Origin: a virus
Taxonomy: Duplodnaviria > Heunggongvirae > Uroviricota > Caudoviricetes
Strand: one strand, 5' to 3'
IMG/VR virus record: IMGVR_UViG_2540341028_000013
DNA length: 33,437 nucleotides
This document shows, piece by piece, positions 10,972 to 20,401 of this stretch. Under the pieces are notes generated by a model. It was not told the origin of the DNA and ran no database searches. It was given only the letters and a program-made list of their open reading frames with translations. The position numbers were made by a program, and so were the translations under genes. The number at the start of each line of letters is the position of its first letter. The stretch's first letter is position 1.

Positions 10972-10990
10972 GGCGGGCATCATGCCCGCC
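10972..10990 (+). other. GC-rich hairpin between N and M
   Basis: GGCGGGC-ATCAT-GCCCGCC palindrome directly after the N stop; no T tract follows, so more likely an attenuator or RNA-stability element than a full terminator. Confidence 0.3.
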
Positions 10991-11007
10991 TGTAACGGAG
11001 AGCAAAA

Positions 11008-11754
11008 ATGATTACTCCTGCACAACAACACTGGCAGAACGTGATGGCACAGCGCGCAGGCCGGGCGAATGAAGGCGTGGACCACGCCGCGCGTACCGCG
11101 CATGAAGAGGTGCTGTATCGTCTGCGTCTGGCACAGGCCCGGCTTAAGGGCGTACAGGCCAGAAGCGCGAAAGCCGCCATCAAAAAAGAGTTGTTGCCGG
11201 ATTTTTCCGGCTGGATTGAGGGAACGCTGGAGGCTGACGGCGGGCAGCAGGATGAAGTGATTGCCACGCTGATGGTGTGGGCGATTGACTGTGGCGATCT
11301 TCCGCTTGCGCTGCGTATCGGCGCGTATGTAGTCCGTCACAACCTCATCATGCCGGATAACTTTGGCCGTACTGCTGCCACGGTACTGACCGAAGAAATC
11401 TGTAATCCGGTACTGACGCAGGCCGGGACGGATGCCGACGCGGATTTGTCCGCCTTTATCGAACCACTGGACACCCTCCGGGAGATTGTCACCGACCAGG
11501 ACATGCCGGACGAAGTGCGCGCCAAATTATGCAAAGCGTGCGCCTTTGCCCGCCGTGGCCTGAGTGATGCGGACAGCATGGCCCTGTCACTGAAGCTGCT
11601 GCGCGAAGCAATGCACCTGAACCCGAACGCAGGTGTGAAACGCGAGATTGCAACCCTTTCCCGCGCCCTGAAAAAAGCCGATTCCGCAGCCGAACCAGAA
11701 GACGCCAGCGCACAGCAGGCGCAGGACGAAAGCAGCAAAAAGCAGCAAAAGTAA
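11008..11754 (+). CDS. M: P2-like terminase small subunit gpM
   Basis: 248 aa; ...MPDEVRAKLCKACAFARRG... matches P2 gpM (...MPDEVRAKLHKITG...); RBS GGAGAG upstream. Confidence 0.85.
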   Translation: MITPAQQHWQNVMAQRAGRANEGVDHAARTAHEEVLYRLRLAQARLKGVQARSAKAAIKKELLPDFSGWIEGTLEADGGQQDEVIATLMVWAIDCGDLPLALRIGAYVVRHNLIMPDNFGRTAATVLTEEICNPVLTQAGTDADADLSAFIEPLDTLREIVTDQDMPDEVRAKLCKACAFARRGLSDADSMALSLKLLREAMHLNPNAGVKREIATLSRALKKADSAAEPEDASAQQAQDESSKKQQK

Positions 11755-11921
11755 AAAGACAACGCGGAAGCCTGCAACACGAAAAACCACCGCGACGCAG
11801 AAGGCGAAGCGCGGTTAACGACTGACCCCGTCAGCGGGCGGCGTGCGCGGTGTTCCAGTTTGACTCCGTGACCGTTTACACCGCGCACCCACCGCCCGAT
11901 TTTTTTTCAGGAGTGAACCCC

Positions 11922-12416
11922 ATGACTATAGTTGCCAGAACTGAACCCGGACCCGCAGAGGACGACATCACCGATACCGATGATGGCGATACCCGCATTT
12001 CAGCGGGTGCATTCTGGCCGGATATTGTGCTGCGCGAGCTGCGTCTGGCGGTACGACTGCCGGGGCGCGTGACCACCTCCCGCCTGCTGCATACTGCCAC
12101 CGGGGCTGTGGCACACGTTACCCGCGAGCTGGAAGCATGGCAGCAGGAACAGCAGGCAGCTGGCCATCAGACGCTGGCCGATGTTCCGGCACCCGTAATT
12201 AACGGAGAAAGCGTCAATCTCTGGCACTGGCGCAATGCTGTTTATACCGCCACGCGCGCCCTGATTCTGGAGCGTTATCGTGATGCAGACACTACGGACA
12301 AGGGCGACCGCCGGGCAGACGCTCTGGATATACAGACATCGGATTTGTGGCGTGATGTGAGCTGGGCCATCTCTGACATTCTGTGCCGCCCGCGAATCTT
12401 TGCGGAGTTGTGCTGA
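11922..12416 (+). CDS. L: P2-like head completion/stabilisation protein gpL
   Basis: 164 aa from ATG 11922 (RBS CAGGAG); gene order after M; stop overlaps the X start (TGATG). Confidence 0.8.
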   Translation: MTIVARTEPGPAEDDITDTDDGDTRISAGAFWPDIVLRELRLAVRLPGRVTTSRLLHTATGAVAHVTRELEAWQQEQQAAGHQTLADVPAPVINGESVNLWHWRNAVYTATRALILERYRDADTTDKGDRRADALDIQTSDLWRDVSWAISDILCRPRIFAELC

Positions 12417-12616
12417 TGAAAGTGAAGGCACTGGAAGGCGACACCGTGGATTCGCTCTGTTTCCGGTACTACGGCACGACGCAGGGCGTCACCGAAAAGG
12501 TGCTGGATGCCAACCCCGGACTCTGTCAGCAGGTATTTCTGGACGCCGGGCAGGAAGTGGAGATGCCGGAGCCGGAGAAGAAGAAACGAGAAATGATTCA
12601 GTTGTGGGGGGAGTAG
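12416..12616 (+). CDS. X: P2-like tail protein X (LysM-like)
   Basis: 66 aa, MKVKALEGDTVDSLCFRYYGTTQGVTEKVLDANPGL resembles P2 gpX (MKTFALQGDTLDAICVRYYGRTEGVVETVLAANPGL). Confidence 0.85.
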   Translation: MKVKALEGDTVDSLCFRYYGTTQGVTEKVLDANPGLCQQVFLDAGQEVEMPEPEKKKREMIQLWGE

Positions 12617-12618
12617 CA

Positions 12619-12942
12619 GTGAGCACCATTCAAACAGGGATCACAGAGCAGGTTATTGCGTGGCTCTTTGACCACCTGCCAACGGTGTATGCAGTAGGCG
12701 CGGCGGTCAGCATTTCCGCGCTGATGAGCCTTTATGACGGACGAACACTGGTTCAGACCGTAACGGGATCGCTGGCGTGCGGCGTTCTTGCCATGGCCGT
12801 GGCCGGGTCGTTGCGCTTCTTCGGGTTTCCTGAAGATGCCGTGACGTTTATCGGCGCATCAATCGGTTTTATGGGTGCAGAGAAAGCACGCGACAAGGTT
12901 ATTGCGGCCTTTAATCGCAGGGTGAAGGAGAAGGACGAATGA
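12619..12942 (+). CDS. Putative holin
   Basis: About 107 aa from GTG 12619 (RBS GGGGGGAG); two or three hydrophobic helices; sits between X and the endolysin as P2 gpY does. Confidence 0.6.
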   Translation: MSTIQTGITEQVIAWLFDHLPTVYAVGAAVSISALMSLYDGRTLVQTVTGSLACGVLAMAVAGSLRFFGFPEDAVTFIGASIGFMGAEKARDKVIAAFNRRVKEKDE

Positions 12943-13331
12943 GCAACACATTTAAATTCAGCAGCCGGAGCGAAAAGAATTTGCAGGGTGTAAATCCTGA
13001 TCTGGTGAAAGTGACCCGACGGGCACTGGAAATCTCGGAAGTGGATTTTGGTATCACCGAAGGGTTGCGCAGCCGTTACCGCCAGAAGCAACTGGTGGCC
13101 ACGGGTAAGAGCCAGACCATGAACAGCCGCCACCTTACGGGGCATGCCGTGGATGTTGTGGCTTATATCGGCAGCCAGATGTCATGGGAATGGCCGCTGT
13201 ACGAAAAAATCGCAGCAGCATTCAGACAGGCCAGCCGGGAACTGAATATTCCGGTGGAATGGGGCGGCGACTGGAAGACCCTGAAAGACGGACCGCATTT
13301 TCAGTTACCACACGGAGCCTATCCGGCATGA
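12939..13331 (+). CDS. Endolysin, peptidase M15 family (L-alanyl-D-glutamate endopeptidase type)
   Basis: 130 aa with the conserved SRHLTGHAVDV and GGDW...GPHFQL motifs typical of zinc D-Ala-D-Ala carboxypeptidase-like phage endolysins; not the P2 K-type lysozyme. Confidence 0.8.
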   Translation: MSNTFKFSSRSEKNLQGVNPDLVKVTRRALEISEVDFGITEGLRSRYRQKQLVATGKSQTMNSRHLTGHAVDVVAYIGSQMSWEWPLYEKIAAAFRQASRELNIPVEWGGDWKTLKDGPHFQLPHGAYPA

Positions 13332-13735
13332 AGCTCTGGCCCACGCTTGGCGTCGCTTTCCTTCTGACTGCCGGATGGGGAACATCCATGCGTCTGTCGT
13401 GGTCGCTGGGCCGGGAGAACGCCAGAAACGAAGCGCAGGCCAGCACCCTGAAAAGTACCGCCGACACCCTGAATATCATCAGCGCCGGGGTACAGGATAT
13501 GCAGCAGGTGCTGGCGCAACTCCGCGTGGAAAATCAGCAACGCAATCAGGACGGAGAGGTAAGACGTGAACAGCTACGCAACGATATTGCAAAAGATGAA
13601 TGCGCCCACGCTTTGCCTGACGCTCGTTTTACTGACAGGCTGCGCAGGCACGCAGAACGCGCCACTGCCAGCGCCGTCAGTCCGGCTTATACCGCAGACG
13701 CTGACCATACCGGTAACGCCTCCCCCCTTCCCTGA
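13328..13735 (+). CDS. i-spanin (Rz/LysB-like)
   Basis: ATG 13328; N-terminal membrane anchor (LWPTLGVAFLLTAGWG) then charged coiled-coil region; an o-spanin ORF is embedded and overlapping. Confidence 0.65.
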   Translation: MKLWPTLGVAFLLTAGWGTSMRLSWSLGRENARNEAQASTLKSTADTLNIISAGVQDMQQVLAQLRVENQQRNQDGEVRREQLRNDIAKDECAHALPDARFTDRLRRHAERATASAVSPAYTADADHTGNASPLP

Positions 13736-13886
13736 CACTCCCACATGGGGAAATCTCGGTATATGGGGCGACCGCCTTCTGGATGCACTGGAAACCTGTA
13801 ACGCGGATAAACGGGCCATTGAATTACTGGAACAGCGCAGGCTGCAACGACTGAACAACGAGGATAACAACCATGCTGAAAACTGA
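13566..13886 (+). CDS. o-spanin (Rz1/LysC-like outer-membrane lipoprotein)
   Basis: Lipobox LLTGC after a hydrophobic signal; proline-rich mature part (PLPAPSVRLIPQTLTIPVTPPPFPDTP); starts inside the i-spanin gene in another frame. Alternative start at 13596. Confidence 0.65.
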   Translation: MNSYATILQKMNAPTLCLTLVLLTGCAGTQNAPLPAPSVRLIPQTLTIPVTPPPFPDTPTWGNLGIWGDRLLDALETCNADKRAIELLEQRRLQRLNNEDNNHAEN

Positions 13887-14341
13887 TTCCCTGCGTGAAG
13901 CCATGACCCGTTCATGCCGATGGTGTCAGGCTAACCCGGAAAAATTCACCATTTTCGTGGAGAGCGGCAACATTGAAACGACCGGGAGAAACCCCATCGT
14001 TTGTTTACCGCTATCAGATGGTGATGTTTGTCATGGATTACGCCGGGGAGCTGGACGACCTCACGCTGCCGCTGCTGGCGTGGTTATCCGAAAATCAGCC
14101 ACAGTTGTTGCTCAACCCTGAGCGTAATCAGGACATCAAATTTTCCGCCGTTATCAATGACGATGACAGCGCCGATCTCCTGTTTACGCTCCCCCTGCGG
14201 GAACGCGTTCGCATCACGCGCAGCAGTCAGGGCACACCGCAGGCAGAACACCTGCTGGAGCCAAAACCCCGCCTGCCATCTTCCGAAGGCGACTGGTCGC
14301 ATGTATTCCAGGATGTGACGTGGGGTGAAAGCGATGGATAA
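13873..14341 (+). pseudogene. R: P2-like tail completion protein gpR, frameshifted at about 13990
   Basis: N-terminus MLKTDSLREAMT...IFVESGNIETTGRNP (frame A) and the remainder SFVYRYQMVMFVMDYAGELDDLTLPLLAWLSENQP... (frame B) both align to P2 gpR (MLKPDSLRRALT...IFVDNGSIA...SFEKRYTLNVIVTDFTGDFDLLIVPVLAWLRENQP); junction at a CCCC run. Confidence 0.75.
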
Positions 14342-14969
14342 GGCATTCACTCGCGTGGATGAAACCTTTGAGGCCATCCGCGACAGCCTGAATCAGCAGG
14401 CCATCAATAACATCGCCAGAAAGCTGGCACAGGATTTACGCCGCGCCCAGCAGGCACGTATCCGGCCACAGAAAGCGCCGGACGGGACCGCATGGACACC
14501 ACGCAGACGCCACGTAACCCGGATACAGGAGCGCATTCGCTTTATCTGGAATAACGAAGCACGCACGCTGAAAAACTGGCATCACGACACGGGGAAATAC
14601 GGGCGAACCATCACCGGGTGGGATGAGGATAAAAACAGCATCCGCACGTTTTACCGGGATGACATCGACCGCTTTCTGGAAATACGCACCCGGCGCATCA
14701 ACCAGGACAGCACAAAGCGCGTCCCCATGTTCGTAAAACTGCGCACCGCCCGCTACCTGAAAGCCCGTGCAGATGCTTCCGGTGTGACGGTGGGTTACAG
14801 CGGCGTGGCCGCACGTATTGCACGCGTTCATCAGTTCGGTGAGCGCGATCAGGTTGCGCCGGGCATTTTCACCGATTACCCGGTACGTGAGCTGCTGGGT
14901 ATCAGCCAGGCAGATGAGCGCCTGATTTATAACACGGTGCTGGGCCGGATTGCGGAGGCTGTACGGTGA
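14334..14969 (+). CDS. S: Tail completion / virion morphogenesis protein at the gpS position
   Basis: 211 aa from ATG 14334, overlapping the R stop; assigned by position between R and V; longer than P2 gpS (about 150 aa). Confidence 0.6.
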   Translation: MDKAFTRVDETFEAIRDSLNQQAINNIARKLAQDLRRAQQARIRPQKAPDGTAWTPRRRHVTRIQERIRFIWNNEARTLKNWHHDTGKYGRTITGWDEDKNSIRTFYRDDIDRFLEIRTRRINQDSTKRVPMFVKLRTARYLKARADASGVTVGYSGVAARIARVHQFGERDQVAPGIFTDYPVRELLGISQADERLIYNTVLGRIAEAVR

Positions 14970-15547
14970 GCGCAGAACTCATGCGGCTACTGAGCAATAT
15001 CATCCGCACCGGGATCATCTCTGAAGTTGATGAGAAGTCCTGGCGCGTGCGCGTTCGCAGCGGCGAACTGGAAACAGGTTGGCTGCGCTGGAACACCTCT
15101 CGCGCGGGAGCCTTCAATGTGTGGCTGCCGCCATCACCAGGCGAACAGGTGGTAATTGCCTGCATTGGCGGCAACCCGGAAACCGCCATGATAATTGGCA
15201 GCCTGTGGAGTGATGCCATTCCGGCCCCCGGCAAAAGCCTGAAAGAAATCGTGGTCAGCGCGCCGGATGGCGCGGTGTTCCGCTACGACGCGGACGCAGG
15301 CGCACTGAGCGCCAGCGGCATGAAAACAGCCACCCTGCAGGCATCCGTCAGCGTGACACTGGATACGCCCGTCGTGGAATGCACAGACCTTCTGAGAACG
15401 GCGACGCTTGACGTCACAAAAGGGGGAAAGATGAGCGGCAATATCACGCACAGCGGCGGCAATTTCACCTCAAACGGCATCACAGTGCATACGCATAAAC
15501 ACGGTGGCGTTAAAGGTGGCAGCGATTCGACAGGAGGCCCGCAGTGA
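14966..15547 (+). CDS. V: P2-like baseplate spike protein gpV
   Basis: GTG start overlapping the S stop; C-terminal ...VTKGGKMSGNITHSGGNFTSNGITVHTHKHGG... matches the P2 gpV motif (...VQKGGTMRGNIEHTGGELSSNGKVLHTHKHPG...). Confidence 0.85.
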   Translation: MSAELMRLLSNIIRTGIISEVDEKSWRVRVRSGELETGWLRWNTSRAGAFNVWLPPSPGEQVVIACIGGNPETAMIIGSLWSDAIPAPGKSLKEIVVSAPDGAVFRYDADAGALSASGMKTATLQASVSVTLDTPVVECTDLLRTATLDVTKGGKMSGNITHSGGNFTSNGITVHTHKHGGVKGGSDSTGGPQ

Positions 15548-15894
15548 CAACCCGCTACACAGGAATGAACCCGGACGGAACGGGAAACCTGAACGATATG
15601 GAGCACCTGAAACAGTCAGTCAGGGACATCCTGACCACCCCGCTGGCAAGCCGGGTTATGCGACGGGAATATGGCAGCCTTGTGCCTGATTTGATTGACG
15701 AACCCATGAATAACACCACGCGTCTGCAATGCATGAGTGCTGCCGTGATTGCGCTGACACGATGGGAACCCCGCATTGCCCTGGACGCTATCGACGTTGT
15801 CTGGAAGGCAGGAGGCCGCGCCGGGGTGACGCTGTCGGGCACTGTCATGCAGACCATGCAGAATGTTGAATTAACCATCACGCTGAGGGAGTAA
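15544..15894 (+). CDS. W: P2-like baseplate wedge protein gpW
   Basis: 116 aa; size and position as P2 gpW (115 aa); GTG start overlapping the V stop. Confidence 0.8.
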   Translation: MTTRYTGMNPDGTGNLNDMEHLKQSVRDILTTPLASRVMRREYGSLVPDLIDEPMNNTTRLQCMSAAVIALTRWEPRIALDAIDVVWKAGGRAGVTLSGTVMQTMQNVELTITLRE

Positions 15895-15897
15895 ATC

Positions 15898-16794
15898 ATG
15901 CCTGCCGTTGACCTTTCACAGTTACCGGAACCCGCCATCATCGCGGAGCCTGACTTTGAGGCAATTCTGGCTGACACAAAGGCCATGATGATTGCGTCCT
16001 ATCCCGCCGAACAGCGTGAAGCCGTTTCCGCCGCGCTGGAGCTGGAATCGGAACCCCTTAACGTTATCGCTCAAACCATGTCGTTTCGTGAAATGCTGTT
16101 ACGCCAGCGGGTCAATGAGGGTGCACGCGCCTGCATGCTAAGCCACAGCGCCGGGACAGACCTGGACAACCTCGCGGGCAATATGAACACAAAGCGCCTG
16201 GTTATCACTCCGGCAACGGATACCACCGATGCAGTGATGGAAAGTGACACCTCGCTGAGACTACGGGCGCAACGGGCATATGACGGTCTGAGTGTTGCTG
16301 GCCCGTCAGGTGCATACGAGTATTTTGCACGCAGCGCCAGCGGTCTGGTACGCGATGCGCGGGCCATCAGCCCGTCTCCGGCCAACGTGACGGTTTCCAT
16401 CCTGTCCACTGAGGGCGACGGCACAGCAACGGAGGCGTTGCTTAATACCGTTCGCGCCGTTCTGAATGCAGAGGATACCCGCCCGGTGGCCGACCGCCTG
16501 ACCGTACAGAGTGCCAGAATCGTGACATGGCGGCTGAATGCAAAACTGTACTTTTACCCCGGCCCGGAATCCGAACCTATTCTGGCCGCGGCTGAATCGT
16601 CGTTCAGGAAGTGGCTGGCTGAGCAGGGGCTTATCGGTCAGGACGTGGCGTTGTCCGCCATTGCTGCCGCACTGCATGTGCACGGTGTGCAACGCGTGGA
16701 GATAATCGAACCCACACAGAATATGGCCATCAGCGACATACAGGCGGCGCGCTGTGCGTCATTCACCATCAGCGAAGGTGGACGCAATGAGTAA
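15898..16794 (+). CDS. J: P2-like baseplate protein gpJ
   Basis: 298 aa (P2 gpJ about 302 aa); position after W. Confidence 0.8.
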   Translation: MPAVDLSQLPEPAIIAEPDFEAILADTKAMMIASYPAEQREAVSAALELESEPLNVIAQTMSFREMLLRQRVNEGARACMLSHSAGTDLDNLAGNMNTKRLVITPATDTTDAVMESDTSLRLRAQRAYDGLSVAGPSGAYEYFARSASGLVRDARAISPSPANVTVSILSTEGDGTATEALLNTVRAVLNAEDTRPVADRLTVQSARIVTWRLNAKLYFYPGPESEPILAAAESSFRKWLAEQGLIGQDVALSAIAAALHVHGVQRVEIIEPTQNMAISDIQAARCASFTISEGGRNE

Positions 16795-17317
16795 TTCGTT
16801 GTTACCACCATCAGCCAGCAATTTCATGCGTTGTGCCGAAGCCGTCGGAACACGCATTACAGACATTCCGGTAGACCTCAACACGCTGTGGTCGCCGGAC
16901 ACCTGCCCGGTGCATCTGCTGCCTTATCTCGCCTGGGCGTTTTCCGTTGACCGCTGGGATCGCAACTGGCCGGAAGAGACAAAGCGACAGGTTATTCGTG
17001 ATGCATGGCTGATACACCGACACAAAGGGACCATCAGCGCACTGCGCCGGGCCATTGAGCCGCTGGGATACCTCATTCGCGTGTCTGAGTGGTGGGAGTT
17101 CGGCGGAGAACCGGGAACATTTACCGTTGAAGTCGGCACGCTGGACAGTGGCGTGACGGAGGAAATGTATCTGGAAATGGAGCGGTTGATTGCTGATGCC
17201 CGCCCGGTCAGCCGCCACATGACAGGGCTGAATATCATTCAGGAAATTCCGGGGGATATTTTCGCAGCGGCGGCAACTTATGACGGTGAAGTTATTACCA
17301 TTTATCCAGGCGATTAA
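16787..17317 (+). CDS. I: P2-like baseplate protein gpI
   Basis: 176 aa from ATG 16787 (P2 gpI 176 aa); overlaps the J stop. Confidence 0.8.
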   Translation: MSNSLLPPSASNFMRCAEAVGTRITDIPVDLNTLWSPDTCPVHLLPYLAWAFSVDRWDRNWPEETKRQVIRDAWLIHRHKGTISALRRAIEPLGYLIRVSEWWEFGGEPGTFTVEVGTLDSGVTEEMYLEMERLIADARPVSRHMTGLNIIQEIPGDIFAAAATYDGEVITIYPGD

Positions 17318-17319
17318 GC

Positions 17320-19305
17320 ATGAGTACCACAACACGAAAATTTAAAACCATTATCACCGATACGGGTGCAAAAAAATTAGCTCAGGTAGCCGCGCCAGAT
17401 GGTAAGCCTGTCCGCCTGACTCATATGGCCGTGGGCGACGGTGGCGGCACGTTGCCCACACCAGACAGTAAGCAGACCCGTCTGGTGCATGAGGTGTGGC
17501 GACATACTGTTAATCGCGTCATCCTGGACGCAACACATCAGAACCGCATTATTGCGGAGCTGGTTATTCCTCCTGAAACGGGCGGATTCTGGATCCGGGA
17601 AATTGGTGTATTTGATGAGCACGGCGATTTAATCGCGGTGGGAAATACTGCCGAAAGTTACAAGCCAGCCGTTGCCGAAGGGTCCGGTCGTGCACAAACA
17701 TTTCGCACCATTCTGACCGTATCCAGCACTGCCACCGTGGCGCTTACCGTGGACAACACCATGGTGATGGCCACAGTGGATTACGTGGATGACAAACTGA
17801 AAGAGCATGAACAGTCACGACGTCACCCGGACGCCTCGCTGACCGCAAAAGGCTTTGTTCAACTCAGTAGCGCCACTAACAGCGTGTCTGAAACGCAGGC
17901 TGCAACGCCGAAAGCAGTAAAGGCCGCGTATGATCTTGCTAACGGTAAATATACTGCGCAGGATGCCAGCACGACGCGAAAAGGCCTTGTCCAGCTCAGT
18001 AGCGCCACCAACAGCACGTCTGAAACGCAGGCTGCAACGCCGAAAGCAGTAAAGGCCGCGTATGACCTTGCTAACGCAAAATATACCGCTCAGGACGCCA
18101 CGACGGCACAAAAAGGGATAGTCCAGCTCAGTAGTGCCACCAACAGCACGTCTGAAACACTGGCCGCGACATCGAAAGCGGTTAAGGCGGTAATGGATGA
18201 AACGAACAAGAAAGCGCCCTTAAACAGTCCTGCGCTGACCGGAACGCCAACAACGCCAGCTGCGCGACAGGGAACGAATAATACCCAAATCGCAAGCACG
18301 GCTTTCGTTATGGCTGCGATTGCCGCCCTTGTAGATTCGTCACCTGACGCACTGAATACGCTGAACGAGTTAGCGGCGGCGCTGGGAAACGCCCCGAATT
18401 TTGCGACCACCATGACTAACGCGCTTGCGGGTAAGCAACCGAAAGATGCCACCCTGACGGCGCTGGCCGGGCTTGCTACTGCGGCAGACAGGTTTCCGTA
18501 TTTTACGGGGAATGATGTCGCCAGCCTGGCAACCCTGACAAAAGTCGGGCGGGATATTCTTGCGAAATCGACCGTTGCTGCCGTTATCGAATACCTCGGT
18601 TTACGAGAACTCGGCACAAGCGGGGAGAAAATACCGTTACTCAGTACAGCGAATACCTGGACCAATCGACAAACATTCAGCGGTGGCCTTTCTGGGGAAC
18701 TGTCCGGCAATGCCGCTACTGCAACAAAGCTGAAAACAGCACGAAAAATTGCTGGAGTTGGTTTTGATGGTTCTAGCGATATTTCAATTAGTGCCAAAAA
18801 TGTCAATGCATTTGCACTCCGACAAACAGGTAATACTGTTAATGGTGATACATCCGTTGGATGGAATTGGGATAGTGGTGCATATAACGCCCTGATTGGT
18901 GGTGCATCTGCATTAATTCTTCACTTTAATATAAATGCTGGTAGCTGTCCTGCCGTACAATTCCGTGTGAATTATAAAAATGGTGGCATTTCCTACAGGT
19001 CGGCTCGTGATGGTTATGGGGTTGAATTAGGTTGGTCAGATTTCTATACCACGACACGAAAACCTTCAGCGGGAGATGTTGGTGCATATACGCGGGCAGA
19101 ATGTAACTCAAGGTTTATTACAGGTATTCGCCTTGGCGGTCTGTCATCTGTTCAGACATGGAATGGTCCCGGCTGGTCTGACAGGTCAGGTTATGTCGTT
19201 ACGGGTTCAGTTAACGGAAACCGTGATGAATTAATTGATACAACACAGGCAAGGCCAATTCAGTATTGCATTAATGGGACGTGGTATAACGCGGGGAGTA
19301 TTTAA
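17320..19305 (+). CDS. H: Tail fibre protein gpH (constant N-terminal part plus currently expressed variable C-terminal cassette)
   Basis: 661 aa; conserved P2-type N-terminus (MSTTTRKFKTIITDTGAKKLA...); internal tail-fibre repeats; C-terminus ...RPIQYCINGTWYNAGSI paralogous to the inverted cassette ending ...[17 protein letters not shown]. Confidence 0.85.
   Translation: MSTTTRKFKTIITDTGAKKLAQVAAPDGKPVRLTHMAVGDGGGTLPTPDSKQTRLVHEVWRHTVNRVILDATHQNRIIAELVIPPETGGFWIREIGVFDEHGDLIAVGNTAESYKPAVAEGSGRAQTFRTILTVSSTATVALTVDNTMVMATVDYVDDKLKEHEQSRRHPDASLTAKGFVQLSSATNSVSETQAATPKAVKAAYDLANGKYTAQDASTTRKGLVQLSSATNSTSETQAATPKAVKAAYDLANAKYTAQDATTAQKGIVQLSSATNSTSETLAATSKAVKAVMDETNKKAPLNSPALTGTPTTPAARQGTNNTQIASTAFVMAAIAALVDSSPDALNTLNELAAALGNAPNFATTMTNALAGKQPKDATLTALAGLATAADRFPYFTGNDVASLATLTKVGRDILAKSTVAAVIEYLGLRELGTSGEKIPLLSTANTWTNRQTFSGGLSGELSGNAATATKLKTARKIAGVGFDGSSDISISAKNVNAFALRQTGNTVNGDTSVGWNWDSGAYNALIGGASALILHFNINAGSCPAVQFRVNYKNGGISYRSARDGYGVELGWSDFYTTTRKPSAGDVGAYTRAECNSRFITGIRLGGLSSVQTWNGPGWSDRSGYVVTGSVNGNRDELIDTTQARPIQYCINGTWYNAGSI
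17848..18213 (+). repeat. Tandem in-frame 132-bp (44-aa) repeats within H, about 2.7 copies
   Basis: KGFVQLSSATNSVSETQAATPKAVKAAYDLANGKYTAQDASTTR / KGLVQLSSATNSTSETQAATPKAVKAAYDLANAKYTAQDATTAQ / KGIVQLSSATNSTSETLAATSKAVKA...; near-identical at DNA level. Confidence 0.85.
18584..18609 (+). repeat. gix/cix-like recombination site (left crossover site) inside H
   Basis: TTATCGAATACCTCGGTTTACGAGAA; about 20 of 26 positions match the reverse complement of the right site, including the central CCTCGGTTTAC core; encodes ...EYLGLRE..., the constant/variable junction of H. Confidence 0.6.
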
Positions 19306-19307
19306 CG

Positions 19308-19841
19308 ATGATGCACTTAAAAAACATTACTGCTGGCAACCCTAAAACAAAAGAGCAATACCAGCTAACAAAGCAATTTAACATCAAATGGCTTTATTCA
19401 GATGATGGGAAAAACTGGTATGAGGAACAAAAGAATTTCCAGCCAGACACTTTGAAAATGGTCTATTACCATAACGGCGTTATTATTTGTATTGAAAAGG
19501 ATGTTTCAGCAATTAATCCGGAAGGCGCAAGCGTCGTTGAATTACCTGATATTACAGCAAATCGCCGGGCTGATATTTCGGGGAAATGGTTGTTCAAAGA
19601 TGGCGTAGTGATAAAGCGAACTTATACCGAGGAAGAGCAGAGGCAACAAGCGGAAAATGAAAAGCAAAGCCTGTTGCAACTTGTCAGGGATAAAACCCAG
19701 CTATGGGACTCACAGCTACGGCTGGGCATCATTTCCGACGAGAATAAACAAAAATTAACCGAGTGGATGCTCTATGCGCAGAAAGTCGAATCTACAGACA
19801 CCTCCAGCCTGCCAGTAACGTTTCCCGAACAACCAGAATGA
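19308..19841 (+). CDS. G: Tail fibre assembly protein (gpG/Tfa), currently expressed orientation
   Basis: 177 aa starting 2 bp after the H stop; N-terminus [22 protein letters not shown] paralogous to the inverted copy. Confidence 0.8.
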   Translation: MMHLKNITAGNPKTKEQYQLTKQFNIKWLYSDDGKNWYEEQKNFQPDTLKMVYYHNGVIICIEKDVSAINPEGASVVELPDITANRRADISGKWLFKDGVVIKRTYTEEEQRQQAENEKQSLLQLVRDKTQLWDSQLRLGIISDENKQKLTEWMLYAQKVESTDTSSLPVTFPEQPE

Positions 19842-19869
19842 GAGAAGGCCCGATATTGGGCCTTAATTT

Positions 19870-20398
19870 TTACTCAGGCTTTTGTGGCCATTCGGGATTT
19901 GCTGTATCCACACGGCTGACCAGAACGCTGTAGCGTTCCCATGACTCCAGTCGTGTGCGTTCCTCATCCATCGCCATATTCAGCCTGACAGCGCGTTCCA
20001 GTGGCTGAATAACGCTTTCAGCTTCAGAAAGCAACGCGACCTTTTGTGATTCGGCCTGTTGTTGCTGTTCGTCTGCTGTATAAATCCGCTTAACCACAGT
20101 TCCGTCCTTAAACATCCACTTCCCTGAATCATCGGCACGACGATTGGCTGTTATATCTGGAATCTCAACGACACTAAAGCCTTCGGGATTAAGCGTTGGG
20201 GCATCTTTGGTTATGGCAACAATAATATTATTTTCGTCGTATACAATCTTTATGGTGTCGTCCTGAAAGTTATTTACTTCCTCATACCAGTTTTTACCGT
20301 CTTCGGACCATAACCAGATAACATCAAAATTCTTTGTTAGCTGATATTGTTCTTTTGTTTTTGGATTTCCGGACTTAATATTTTTTAATATGCTGCAT
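19870..20398 (-). pseudogene. Alternative tail fibre assembly protein (tfa'), frameshifted in codon 6-7
   Basis: ATG at 20398 follows the H' stop by 3 nt, but MQHIKKY* hits a stop; the conserved body ([20 protein letters not shown]...) is in the adjacent frame. Junction is a 6-T run at 20381-20386. Confidence 0.65.
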
Positions 20399-20401
20399 AA
20401 T

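Noticed and set aside
11835-11908. Possible terminator between M and L (GC-rich inverted repeats followed by T8 at 11900-11908)
   Set aside because: The paired arms are imperfect and separated by about 28 nt; the T8 run is more securely part of the L ribosome-binding region. Left uncalled.
18090-18806. 238-aa minus-strand ORF inside tail-fibre gene H
   Set aside because: Antisense to the conserved H reading frame, and the repeat region inflates open frames on both strands.
20381-20386. T6/A6 tract at the start of tfa' as a phase-variation switch
   Set aside because: Other short homopolymers in this sequence show apparently random plus/minus-1 indels in genes where phase variation is implausible, so a sequencing or decay explanation is more economical.
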